64,000 nt of DNA, from positions 666,066,001 to 666,130,000 of the forward strand of contig NW_027362762.1 in assembly GCF_046119375.1 (NCBI RefSeq), read 5' to 3'. Below the pieces are notes generated by a model that worked only from the letters and a program-made list of their open reading frames with translations, was not told the origin of the DNA and made no database searches. The stretch is from Phyllobates terribilis. Its lineage: Eukaryota. Made by a program: the position numbers and the translations under genes. Positions 1-11,276 of the stretch are shown here, piece by piece. Position 1 is the first letter of the stretch; the number at the start of each line of letters is the position of its first letter.

Positions 1-474
1 ACTGTGTAGCCGAACAACTCCTTTTGTTACAGAAACATATCCTACAAGACATATGTGGTTGACTGGCCTGATATTGATGTGAATGGTCCCTGTTCCTCCT
101 GCACTTTCTCCTTTGCCACTGCCTCATCCATCATTTATCACCTGAAGTTTTCTTTTAACGGGAGTCATAGAACTGGGATAGTAGCAGGAAAACATCCAGC
201 AATCCTCGGAGGACGTAGGATATGCACCAAAACACTGACCACCTTAGGCCTTGCCGCTACTACATACATGTGCTTGCATTCCAAGAAAACAAAGCAGATG
301 CTAACTTCTATCATCATCATCATGCTCCTCACCTTGGCACTCTCAACTCCCCTGATGGAGAAGCCAGGGCCCACCGGAGGAGTCTGGTTCTCTGGTGGGC
401 TCATCCAATGCTGCCCTAAAGCAGGCCGGGCTAAGAAAAGTATGTGGGGGGTGTCCCAAGGAGAAATAGGGGCA

Positions 475-660
475 GCTGGGGACCGTTTATGGACACCCGG
501 CTGCCCCCAGGCGGCTGGGGACCGTGTGTGGACACCCGGCCGCGGGGTGGCTGGGGACCGAGTATGGACACCTGGCCGCCCCCTGGCGGCTGGGGACCGA
601 GTGTGGACACCCGGCCACCGGGCGGCTGGGGACTGAGTATGGATTCCAGGCCGACAACGC
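475..660 (+). repeat. G-rich minisatellite, alternating 39/36-bp units, 5 copies
   Basis: GCTGGGGACCG(T/A)GT(G/A)TGGACACCCGG core at 475, 514, 550, 589, 625. Confidence 0.9.
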
Positions 661-982
661 AGCCATGACGTGGTGGCCAGATTCTGCCTCCACATGCCTA
701 AAAGGCTCAATTTCAAGTGCAAGCAAGCAGTATGGTATTGCAGCCTGCGGGTGGGTGGGTGGCAGGCTGCAGACTTACGCTTGCATTCCAAGAAAACAAA
801 GCAGATGCTAACTTGTATCATCATCATCATGGTCCTCACCTTGGCACTCTCAACTCCCCTGATGGAGAAGCCAGGGCCCATCGGAGGAGTCTGGTTCTCT
901 GGTGGGCTCGTCCAATGCTGCCCTAAAGCAGGCCAGTCTAAGAAAAGTGTGTGGTGGGAAGTTGACAGGAGAAATAGAGGCG

Positions 983-1130
983 GCTGGGGACCTTTCATGG
1001 ACACCTGGCTGCCCCCGGGCGGCTGGGGACCGTGTGTGGACACCCGGCCGCGGGGCGGCTGGGGACCGAGTATGGACACCCGGCCGCCCCCTGGTGGCTG
1101 GGGACCGAGTGTGGATTCCAGGCCACCAAC
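983..1130 (+). repeat. Second copy of the 39/36-bp G-rich minisatellite, 4 copies
   Basis: Same core at 983, 1022, 1058, 1097. Confidence 0.9.
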
Positions 1131-1493
1131 GCAGCCATGACGTGGTGGCCAGATTCCGCCTCCACATGCCTAAAAGTCCCAATTTCAAGTGCAAGCAAGG
1201 TAGCAGTATGGTATTGCAGCCTGGGGGTGGGTGGGTGGTTGGCTGAATATTTGCGCTTGCATTGCAAGGAATGGGGGAGGTAAAATTGAACAGTGCCCTG
1301 GGACAAGAATTTGCACGGGGATAGTTGCAAGTCTGCATCTTCTGATGCGGCAAGGATGACTTCTGATGGGCACACTTTTAGGCAGTGACCTGGGTGTCAG
1401 AGATGCTTCCAGGGGTCTTCCCCATGCTGTTCCCATGTCTTTTCAGCACTGTATGCACGTGTCACACAGCACATGGCCAGATAAGGTTGTAAA

Positions 1494-2156
1494 TAGTGTT
1501 GAGCGAGCACTAAAATGCTCGGGTACTTGAAGCTCGTCAAGAGCTCGCCGTGATACTCGGGTGCTCGACCCGAGCAACGAGCCCAATGTTAGTCTATGGG
1601 AGACCCGAGAATTTTTGCGGCGGCACCCCAGGCAGTCTAAAAAGCCTAACAAGTGCCCAAAACGATAGTGACAGTGCTCAAATGACATGGGACAGCATGG
1701 GGATCGCTCCTGGAAGCATTTCTGACCCCCAGGTCACTGCTTTCAACAACGTGGTCAGAGGTATTAAGCCACTTTTAAGGGCTCACAATAGAACGTTCAA
1801 AAACGAAACTGAAACTGCTTTCCTGTGAAATATGTTAAGGAAGTTCCTTTCCAAAGACTTGTGTATAAGGTAAAATAAATAACCAAAAAAAAATACTCCT
1901 CCACACCTTGGGCTATGTTCACAAGTAGCATTTTTTATGCGTTTTTGCACTTTTGTATTGCTTTCAACCGTGACAAATGCATTCACCTGGAAATGTCATT
2001 TTAACATTTTACAACCTTATCTGGCCATGTGCTGTGTGACACATGCATACAGTGCTGAAAAGATATGGGAACAGCATGGGGAAGACCCCTGGAAGCATCT
2101 CTGACACCCAGGTCACTGCCTAAAAGTGTGCTCATCAGAAGTCATCCTTGTCGCAT
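1494..2156 (-). mobile_element. Right end of the same hAT family (copy B) in inverted orientation
   Basis: Begins with TIR TAGTGTTGAGCGAGC (same as 18435). 2008-2156 is the reverse complement of 1345-1493. The preceding 8 bp GTTGTAAA fit the nTnnnnAn hAT target pattern. Confidence 0.75.
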
Positions 2157-4193
2157 GAGTAGATGTGATATCTGTGATATCAGAGCTATTTCTATAAATT
2201 CTATTTAATTCCCCATAGGGGATTGAATTCACAGTATGGGTGGGGTGGCAGCTGTCTGCTCTAAGTGTAGTGTTCCCACTAATAGGTTTTCTATAGTTGC
2301 GATATCTAACCTTTTGTTGTTTTACATCCCCCATGAGATACAAATCCAAAAAGCTGATTTTATCCTGCGGTAAAGTATAAGTAAATTTTAAATTTACATC
2401 ATTAGCATTGATATAGGATAAAAATATGGGATTTTTTCACTTCTCCTACCCATATTAGTAAAACATCGTCCAAATACCTAACATATATTCAATGTCATTT
2501 TTAAAAGGATTTTTGTCTGTGAAAATAGTGCTTTCTTCCCACCATGATACAAAAAGTACGGCTAAAGATGGGGAGAAACATGAGCCCATTGGTCAACCTT
2601 TGATTTGGAAATAATATTCTTCATTGAACATAAAAAAATTATGCTCAAGGAGGTATTCAATACTACGGATAATCATTTCCTTCGTTTCGTCCGCATAGCC
2701 GCTATATTTTTGCAAATGGTGGAACACAGCAGTTAATGCTAGATTATGTGGAATAGATGAAAACAGATTTACCACATCACATGACAGAAATTTAGATTTT
2801 TCAGACCATTTTACATTTTTTATATAATGAATTACTGATGACGTGTCTTTTAAGTAACCCGGTGTTCTGGAGATTAATGGCTGTAGACAAAAATCTACCC
2901 ATCAACTTAAATTTTCATTCAAAGAAGAAATACTTGTTATACTGGGGCGTAAAGGTGTAGGAAATTCTAGTGTGTGGGTTTTCGGGAGCCCATGAAAAAT
3001 TGGTGTTATCGGATTATCAGGTATAATATTAGAACTAATTTTTTCAGTAAACACCCTCATTTTTTCTCCGTCTTGAACCAATTTACTCAAGATTTTTCTG
3101 CATGATTCTGTAGGATTAAATTGTATCCTTCTATACGTCTCATTATCATCCAGGATATCATAAACACATTTTTCATAGAGTTTCTTATCCATAAGAACAA
3201 TGCAGCCTGCTTTGTCGGATTTCTTAATCACCAGGTCATCTCTTTTGGATAAGCTGGTGATTGCTTTCTTCTCATCTATAGTTAGATTTTTTTTTTATTT
3301 GATGCACTCTGTTTAATTTTTTGAGAAAGTTCTATCAAATCTCTTTCAATTAAATACTGAAAAGTTGAAATGCATTCAACCTTAGAATCTTTTGGATAGA
3401 AAGATGGATTCAAAATGCGAAAATCCTTTGTATCAACATTTATTAGATCGACTTCACCTGATTCACCTTTTAAATCCTCCAAAGTAAGCCGCACACATTG
3501 TTCATCAAACATCAATTGTGCAAGGGTTTCACAATTATCCTCCTTATACAATTCCCCAGGGACATTGAGATCATTATAAAAATGTTTTTTTACTGTCAAT
3601 AATCTGGCTAGTTTATTTACATCTAGAATCATTTGAAATAAATCAAAATCCTGATTAGGAACAAAATTAGTCCCTTTATTTAAGATATTGACCCTTGTTC
3701 AGAGAGAATTGTAGGGGTAAGCATGATAACACTGGACCATGGGTTGTCTACTTTTTCTTGCCCCTCGTATTGAAACTTGGGGGAACTGGATTTCCTCCTC
3801 CTCCTCCTCCTCGGTCGCTTCTCCTGTCGTTCTTTGAAGCAGGATTATCACAATCTCCTCCTGTTCCATTTTCTGAGCTCTCTGCATTGATATCTGAAAA
3901 ACCTTCCTCAGATGAAAAAGTTACATTTCTGGATGGAGTTTTGTCATCTATATTATTCTTCAAAATAGATTTTAAGTCAGTTTTATCCCTCAGTTTTTTT
4001 TGATTTTGGGAAATAGATCTTATATTCCTCTTACAATCATAAACTTTATCATGTTTATAATCCAAACAGTCTCTTTGAGATGTATTCCCAACCTGAATGA
4101 TCTTTTAAATTATTTTGTAATAAATTGACAATTTAATTATTTTTGGGACTCACCAAAATTATTTTCTTATGTGAAGCCATAAGTCATAGCTAC
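2157..4193 (-). pseudogene. Penelope-like element (PLE) ORF, N-terminus plus reverse transcriptase, fragmented
   Basis: Minus-strand ORFs carry PLE RT motifs: IKKSDKAGCIVLMD, PIFHGLPKTH..PLRP, VNLFSSIPH..HNFFMFNEEYYFQIKG, YRKPISGNTTLRADSCHP..SIPYGELNRI. Multiple stops and frameshifts. Confidence 0.85.
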
Positions 4194-4616
4194 TGTTAGA
4201 ACTCTCCTGTTGGTTTTTTTCTAGTTTGCTGGTCACATGACCTTTTTTGCCTATTTAATCCGGCTCCGCCCTCCTGGCCTTGCTGGACTTCATTGTAATT
4301 ACTACTCTTGAGCTAGCTTGGTGCTCTGTTACCTTTCTCTGTTAGTTTTGCTAGGTCTTCTGACCTCTATGTTCTATGTTGTGTGTTTGTCTTTTACTGC
4401 TACTATTTCTGCTAGGAGGTGTCCTACTTTATCCCAGTCCCTAGTTCTTGTAGGGATCCCTCCCTTGCATCTATAGGTCTTCGTACAGACTAGCTGAGGA
4501 CTTTAGCGGGTCTGATCGCAGGATCAGGTTCCCCGTTACATCGTAGGGATCCAGTTTAGTTCTATTGTAGGGACAGATCTCCTGTCTTTCCTTAGTGCTT
4601 GTAGCAGATCATAACA
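4194..4616 (+). repeat. 5' LTR of Gypsy copy 1
   Basis: TGTTAGAACTCTCC...GCAGATCATAACA, matches 8758-9180. Confidence 0.97.
4252..4258 (+). promoter_or_regulatory. TATA-like box in the LTR
   Basis: TATTTAA lies 30 bp upstream of the inferred transcription start at ~4282 and is conserved in all three LTR copies. Confidence 0.55.
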
Positions 4617-4618
4617 GT

Positions 4619-4627
4619 AAGTCCAGC
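4619..4627 (+). other. Self-priming-type primer binding site
   Basis: AAGTCCAGC, 2 nt after the LTR, is the exact reverse complement of LTR 4282-4290 (GCTGGACTT). No TGG-initiated tRNA PBS is present. Confidence 0.7.
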
Positions 4628-4675
4628 CTAAAAAAAAAAAAAAAATTCTCTAAGGAAAGACCTCCAGTTTCCATC

Positions 4676-7600
4676 ATGGTCTCGGTTCAAGATTTGTCTC
4701 AACGCTTGCAGGGACTCTCTCTGGAGGTGGCCGAGCTCCAACAACACGTGAGTAGCTGTTCTGGAGTATATTTTGTGGAGCCAAAGTTACGTCTGCCTGA
4801 TCTATTTTTTGGTGAACAACAAGATTTTTTTTCTTTTAAAAATGCTTGTTTTTTGTATTTTCGTTTTAGACCCAGATCCTCGGGTGATGAATCACAGCGC
4901 ATAGGGTTCATAATGTCACTTTTGCGCAAAGATCCTCAGGGATGGGCCTTTTCCCTCCAACCTAGTGATCCGTGCTTTAGATCAGTGGATAGCTTTTTTT
5001 CTGCTTTGGGTTTGTTGTACGATGATCCTGATCGTGTCTCATCTGCTGAGTCTGAATTGAGACATCTGAGGCAGGGATCAGGTAATGTGAAAAAATATTG
5101 TTCTCACTTCCGTCGGTGGTCTGCCCAGGTGGGGTGGAACTATTCAGCTTTGAAAAGTTTATTTCTTGCAGGGCTAGATGAAAGGGTTAAGGATTTGCTG
5201 ATTGCTTATCCCACACCTGGAAACTTGCAGGAGGCAATGCAATTAGCTATACAGGTGGACAGGAGACTGCGTGCAAGGGTTAATGAGAGTAAATCCTCTG
5301 CCATGTCAGCTCCGAGTCTTGAGAGGGTCTGTGCTGACAAAGGAGAGCCGATGGAGATTGGGGCGATGGCACCCTTCTCTCAGGAAAAAGACCGCAGGCT
5401 TTCCGGAGGTTTGTGCTTCTATTGCAGAAATTCTGGTCATTTCATTAAGAACTGTGCGCTTCGTATGAACAAAGAAAAAAAAATGGTCAGTCATGCACGT
5501 ATAGCCTGTTTAAATACTAAGGGAGTATTCCTATCTGCTACTACCACTGCTCAGGAAGAATTAATTGAATTTCGGGTATTTGTGGATTGTGGTTCTACTC
5601 TGAATGTGATTGATGGGGGATTCTTGGAAAAACTTAAATTAAAACCTAAACCTTTGTCATCCCCTATTGCTGTGGTTTCTGTTGATGGCTCTCCCTTGAA
5701 GAGTGTTACTCACAAGGTCAGTGAATTTCCCCTCACTATTAATGGTATTCATCAAGAGAATTTGGATTTGGTAGTATTAAATAATTTGCCTTCTCCAGTA
5801 ATTTTGGGGTTGCCTTGATTAAAATTGCACAATCCTGTACTGGATTGGTCTACCAATGAAATTAAGTCCTGGAGCTCTGAATGTTATGACAAGTGTTGTA
5901 ATGGACGTATTGCTGCGGTGGAAAAAGGGGAATTACCTGTACCTATTCAGGATTTTTGGAGAGTTTTTTCTGAGGAGTAGTCACAAATTTTGCCTCCCCA
6001 TAGAGACTATGATTGTACCATTGAATTTGTCCCTGGAGCGACTCTTGGTAAAAGTCGTTTATTTAATCTTACTATTCCTGAGAGAAAGGCTTTGGAGGAA
6101 TACATACAGACAAGCTTGGCCGCCGGTCACATTAGGCCTTCCAAGTCTCCTGTGGCTGTTGGATTTTTTTTGGTAAAAAAAAAAGATGGCGGTTTACGTC
6201 CTTGTCTGGACTTTCGTGAGATTAATAAAATTAATGTACGCAATCCTTACCCACTGCCATTGATTCCTGATTTGTTTAACCAGTTAGTGGGGGCCAAGTG
6301 GTTCTCTAAAATTGATCTCCGGGTGGCATACAATTTGTTGCGCATGAAGGAGGGTGATGAATGGAAGACTGCTTTTAACACTCCTGTGGGTCATTTTGAG
6401 AATCTGGTTATGCCTTTTGGTCTTACCAATGCTCCAGCATTTTTTCAGAATCTTATTAATGACATCCTTAGACCTTTGATCGTCAAAAATGTGGTTGTGT
6501 ATTTGGATGACATTCTGATTTATTTGCCTGATCTGGAGTCTCATTGGCGGAGCGTACGTGAGGTTTTACAGTTATTAATGGACAATTCGCTTTTTGCTAA
6601 GCTAGAGAAATGTGAGTTCGCTGTACAGAGAATTAGTTTTTTGGGTTACATTGTCTCCAGTGAAGGTTTTGAGATGGACCCGGTTAAAGTTCAAGCTGTG
6701 CAGGAATGGCCTAGGCCTATTGGTTTGAAATCGATACAGAGGTTTTTGGGTTTCGCCAATTATTACAGAAAATTCATAAAAAAATGTTCTATTATTGTCA
6801 AACCGCTGACCGATCTCACCAGGAAAGGTGCTAATGCTGTTCAGTGGACTTCTGAGGCCATTGAAGCTTTTGTGTTTCTAAAGGAGAGGTTCACCTCTGC
6901 TCCCATCCTTATGCAGCCTGATGTGACTAAGCCGTTTTTGGTTGAGGTTGATGCTTCTTCTGTGGGGGTCGGTGTGGTGTTGTCTCAGGAAAGCAAGGAT
7001 GGAGTACATCCCTGTGCCTTTTTTTTCAAAAAAATTTTCTGAGACTGAACTTAATTACGATATTGGTAATCGGGAATTGCTGGTTATTAAACTCGAATTT
7101 GAACACTGGCGTCATCTCTTGGAAGGTGCTGAATTTCCCATTCAGGTTTTCACTGATCATAAAAATCTGATCTATCTTGATGCTGCCAAGCGCTTGAATG
7201 CCCGTCAGGCTAGGTGGGCACTTTTTTTCTCGCGGTTTAATTTTTCCGTTACTTACATCCCGGGTACCAAGAATGTTAAAGCGGATGCTTTGTCTCGCAG
7301 CTTTTCTCCCATGGTCGGTGCTGAGGAGGAGGAGGAGAGAATTTTACAAGAAGGTGTTGTGATTGCTGCTTTAGACTCCGTTTTGGAGGATGAGATTCTT
7401 AAAGCTCAGGAGAATGCCCCATCTAACACTCCCCATGGGAGGTTGTTTGTGCCTAGGACCTTTAGGAGAGATTTGTTTGTTAAGTGTCATGAGTCTCGGT
7501 TGGCAGGTCATCCAGGAATTTCTGAGACCAAGAGACTTGTGGGTCGCAGTTTTTGGTGGCCTGGATGGCAGAAGGAAGTCATTAAGTGGGTGCGTCAATG

Positions 7601-8746
7601 TATGGTGTGTGCTAGATCTAAGTCTTCGCATGCTCCTGCTGCGGGGTTGCTTTGCCCTCTGGAGGTTCCTAGTGCACCTTAGACACATCTGGCTATGGAC
7701 TTTATTACTGACCTTCCCCCCTCTGAAGGTTTCACGGTCACCTGGTGGTCGTGGACCGTTTTAGCAAGATGTGTCACTTGGTTCCCTTCATCAAACTGCC
7801 TTGCGCTAAGACACTCGCTAAGGCCTTTGTCAAGGAAATTGTCAGACTACATGGCTTTCCTACTGACATTGTTTCTGATAGGGGACCTCAGTTCGTGGCT
7901 CGTTTTTGGCGTGCCTTTTGTGACAGGTTGGGAGTTCATTTGCCGTTTTCATCCGGATATCATCCTGAGTCTAATGGCCAGACAGAAAGAAAGAACCAGG
8001 ATGTTGAGCAGTTCTTGCGTTGCTTTGTGGCAGACAATCAAGAGGGGTGGTCTGAGTTTCTGCCACTTGCTGAATTTGCTCTTAACAACCATATATCCTC
8101 TTCTGCTGGGTGTTCGCCTTTTTTTTGTTGTTCTGGGAGACATCCGTCTTTTGGGTCATTCTCCAAATTGGTATCGGCTGTGCCTGAGGAGGAGAGTTTT
8201 TCCGGTGATTTGGAGAGAGTTTGGACGGATGTGCGTGATAATCTTCAGGAGGCTAACAAAAAATCTAAGAGGTACTTTGATAGGAAACGACAAGAGGTTT
8301 CGTTTGCTATTGGTGACATGATTTGGTTGTCCTCTAAGAATCTGCGATTGAGGATTCCTTCTAAAAAATTGGGTCCCAAGTTTGTAGGGCCCTTTAAGGT
8401 GCTTCAGATAGTTAACCAATCTGCTGTTAGGTTGGAGGTTCCTACCTCCTGGAAGATTAATCCGGTGTTTCATGTTTCTCTGTTGAAAAGAGCTGATGTG
8501 TCGGTTGGTGACGCCTCTGCCACTTTTCCTCCGGTGGTGGAGGATGGGGAATATGAAATTTCCCGCATCCTAAATTCTAGACGGTATAGAGGGAGTTTGC
8601 AGTATCTCGTCGCTTGGAAGGGTTTCGGACCCGAGGATAACTCATGGGTGAGGGCGGATGATGTTTCTGCTTCCAGACTTGTCAGAGCGTTTCACAGGAG
8701 GTTTCCTGATAAGCCCAGGCCTAGGGGATCCGGAGGATCCTCTTAG
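4676..8746 (+). pseudogene. gag-pol: gag-pol polyprotein (capsid, CCHC knuckle, aspartic protease, RT, RNase H, integrase, chromodomain), disrupted
   Basis: CFYCRNSGHFIKNC knuckle; FVDCGST protease; VYLDDILI RT; EVDASS and DHKNL RNase H; H..H/C..C and DFI..SDRG..E integrase; YEISRIL..QYLVAWKGFGPEDNSW chromodomain. Stops at 5816, 5978, 7680; frameshifts near 7030 and 7745. Confidence 0.95.
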
Positions 8747-8757
8747 AAGAGGGGTAC

Positions 8758-9180
8758 TGTTAGAACTCTCCTGTTGGTTTTTTTCTAGTTTGCTGGTCAC
8801 ATGACCTTTTTTGCCTATTTAATCCGGCTCTGCCCTCCTGGCCTTGCTGGACTTCATTGTAATTACTACTCTTGAGCTAGCTTGGTGCTCTGTTACCTTT
8901 CTCTGTTAGTTTTGCTAGGTCTTCTGACCCCTATGTTCTATGTTGTGTGTTTGTCTTTTACTGCTACTATTTCTGCTAGGAGGTGTCCAACTTTATCCCA
9001 GTCCCTAGTTCTTGTAGGGATCCCTCCCTTGCATCTATAGGTCTTCGTACAGACTAGCTGAGGACTTTAGCGGGTCTGATCGCAGGATCAGGTTCCCCGT
9101 TACATCGTAGGGATGCAGTTTAGTTCTATTGTAGGGACAGATCTCCTGTCTTTCCTTAGTGCTTGTAGCAGATCATAACA
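8758..9180 (+). repeat. 3' LTR of Gypsy copy 1
   Basis: 423 bp, preceded by the polypurine tract. Confidence 0.97.
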
Positions 9181-9299
9181 GCTATTGGTTGGAGACCCAC
9201 AACATTGTAAGACGGACTGAGTCATATAAATAGGACACGGTGAGGCTGCTCTTTTTGTTTAAAAATTATTTCATTTGTCTTCACGGATAATTGTTTTCT

Positions 9300-9500
9300 A
9301 AAACATTGGCTGAGAGAGGGACAAGAATAAACAGCAGAAATAGAGCTAAGTATTTGACCTTGGAATCCGAATTTGGCTAAGGTTGCAAAGGTGCAGCTCC
9401 AATGAAAATGGTCAAAAGCTTTTTCCACATCGATTGACCTCAAGGCCACATTTCCCCATGATGTAGCATATTTTGAACTAACAGACAAGAAGGACATCAC
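9300..9500 (-). pseudogene. LINE-1-like reverse transcriptase fragment
   Basis: SIDVEKAFDHFHWSCTFATLAKFGF..ISAVYSCP resembles the L1 RT SLDAEKAFD motif region. Confidence 0.7.
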
Positions 9501-9751
9501 GATTCAGAAATTTAACACATAACACAGCAAAAGCCATTGAAATTATATATTTAGATGTCGAATCATGCTTTTCAGCAATCGTGGCAAAATGTAGTTAACG
9601 TCAAGCACTGTAAATGTGTGCTGCAAATATAGCGCAAGCACCAAAATAATCTCCACACTATCAACGGGTGAATGTCATAAACAACATATTCAGTATTTCT
9701 GCACGCAGGTGTGAATTAGGCCTAAGTCTGTCTGCATCAGAGGTAGAGATA

Positions 9752-11276
9752 CAGCTGCTTCTCACAAAATTAGAATATCATCAAAAAGTGAATTTATTTC
9801 AGTTCTTTAACACAAAAAGTGACTCGTATATTATATAGAGTCATTGCAAACAGAGTGATCTATTTCAAGTGTTTATTTCTGTTAATATTGTTGATTATGG
9901 CTTACAGCCAATGAAAACACAAAAGTCATTATCTCAGTAAATTAGAATACTTTATAACAACAGCTTGAAAAATGATTTTATAATCCAAAATGTTTGCCTA
10001 CTGAAATGTATGTTCAGTAAATGCACTCAGTACTTGGTCGGGGCTCCTTTTGCATCAATTACTGCATCAATGCGGCGTCGCATGGAGGCGATCAGCCTGT
10101 GGCACTGCTGAGGTGTTATGGAAGCCCAGGTTGCTTTGAAGGTGTCTGGTGTCTCTCATCTTCCTCTTGACAATACCCCATAGAGAATGGGGTTAAGGTC
10201 AGGCGAGTTTGCTGGCCAATCAAGCACAGTGATGCTGTTGTTTTTAAACCAGGTTTTGGTACTTTTGGCAGTGTGGATAGGTGCCAAGTCCTGCTGGAGA
10301 ATGACATTTCCATCTCCAAAAAGCTTGTCAGCAGAGGGAAGCATGAAGTGCTCTAAGATTTCCTGGTAGACGGCTGCGCTGACTTTGGTCTTGATAAAAC
10401 ACAGTGAACCTACACCAGCGGATAACATGGCTCCCCAAACTATCACTGATTGTGGAAACTTCACCCTAGACCTCAAGCAGCTTGGTTTGTGTGCCTCTCC
10501 ACTCTTCCTAAAGGCTCTGGTACCTTGATTTCCAAATGAAATGCAAAATTTACTTTCATCTGAAAACAACACCTTGAACCACTGAGCAACAGTCCAGGTC
10601 TTTTTCTCCTTGGCCCAGGTAAGACGCTTCTGACGTTGTCTATTGGTCATGAGTGCCTTGACGCAAGGAATGCGACACTTGTAGCCCATGTCCTGGATAC
10701 ATCTGTGTGTGGTGGCTCTTGAAGCAATGACTCCAGCAGCAGTCCACTCCTTGTGAATCTCCCCCAAATTTTTGAATGCCCTTTTCTTAACAATCCTTTC
10801 AAGGCTGCGGTTATCCCGGTTGCTTGTGCACCTTTTTCTACCACACTTTTTCCTTCCACTCAACTTTCCACTAATATGCTTGGATACAGCAATCTGTGAC
10901 CAGCCAGCTTCTATAGCAATGACCTTTTGTGGCTTACCTTCCTTGTCGAGTGTGTCAATGACTGCCTTTTGGACATCTGTCAAGTCAGCAATCTTCCACA
11001 TGATTGTGGAGCCTACTGAAACAGACTAAGGGACCTTTTTAAACACGTAGGAAGCCTTTGCAGGTGTTTTTTGTTAATTATTCTAATTTACTGAGATAAT
11101 TACTTTTGTGTTTTCATTGGCTGTAAGCCATAATCATCAACATTAACAGAAATAAACACTTGAAATAGATCATTGTTTGTAATGACTTTATATAATATAT
11201 GCGTTTCACTTTTTGTATTGAAGAACTGAAATAAATTAACTTTTTGATGATATTTTAATTTAGTGAGAAGCACTTA
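9752..11276 (-). mobile_element. Tc1-like DNA transposon (DD34E type) with ~200-bp TIRs
   Basis: TA|CAGCTGCTTCTCACAAAATTAGAATATC and its inverse at the right end followed by TA; transposase ORF on the minus strand. Confidence 0.92.
10156..11001 (-). pseudogene. Tc1 transposase, C-terminally disrupted
   Basis: HTH region with GRKR, FSDESKF, QQDLAP, WPANSPDLNPI; 34 residues between the second D and the expected E; the E codon is lost. Confidence 0.9.

Larger units (their letters stand above)
1..1493 (+). mobile_element. 3' subterminal region of a large hAT-family transposon (copy A), truncated ~514 bp before its right TIR
   Basis: Positions 1-~450 align with 32417-~32867, the distal part of the hAT starting at 18435. 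Contains a ~506-bp duplicated unit (TGCATTCCAAGAAAACAAAGCAGATGCTAACT at ~276 and ~782). 1345-1493 is also present inverted in the hAT end at 2008-2156. Confidence 0.7.
4194..9180 (+). mobile_element. Full-length Ty3/Gypsy LTR retrotransposon of chromovirus (Tf1/sushi-like) type
   Basis: Two 423-bp LTRs (TG...CA) differing at 4 positions by eye; 5-bp TSD GCTAC/GCTAT; PPT AGAAGAGGGG at 8745-8754; gag-PR-RT-RH-IN-chromodomain order. Confidence 0.97.

Noticed and set aside
55-1436. Long overlapping ORFs (up to 304 aa) with repeated AGDRVWTPG peptides
   Set aside because: Produced by 36/39-bp GC-rich minisatellites and a duplicated unit, open on both strands; no protein domain recognised.
3695-4065. 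Poly-Pro, poly-Glu or poly-Gly ORFs as a host gene
   Set aside because: They lie within the PLE N-terminal region; a single (CCT)n tract explains all three readings.
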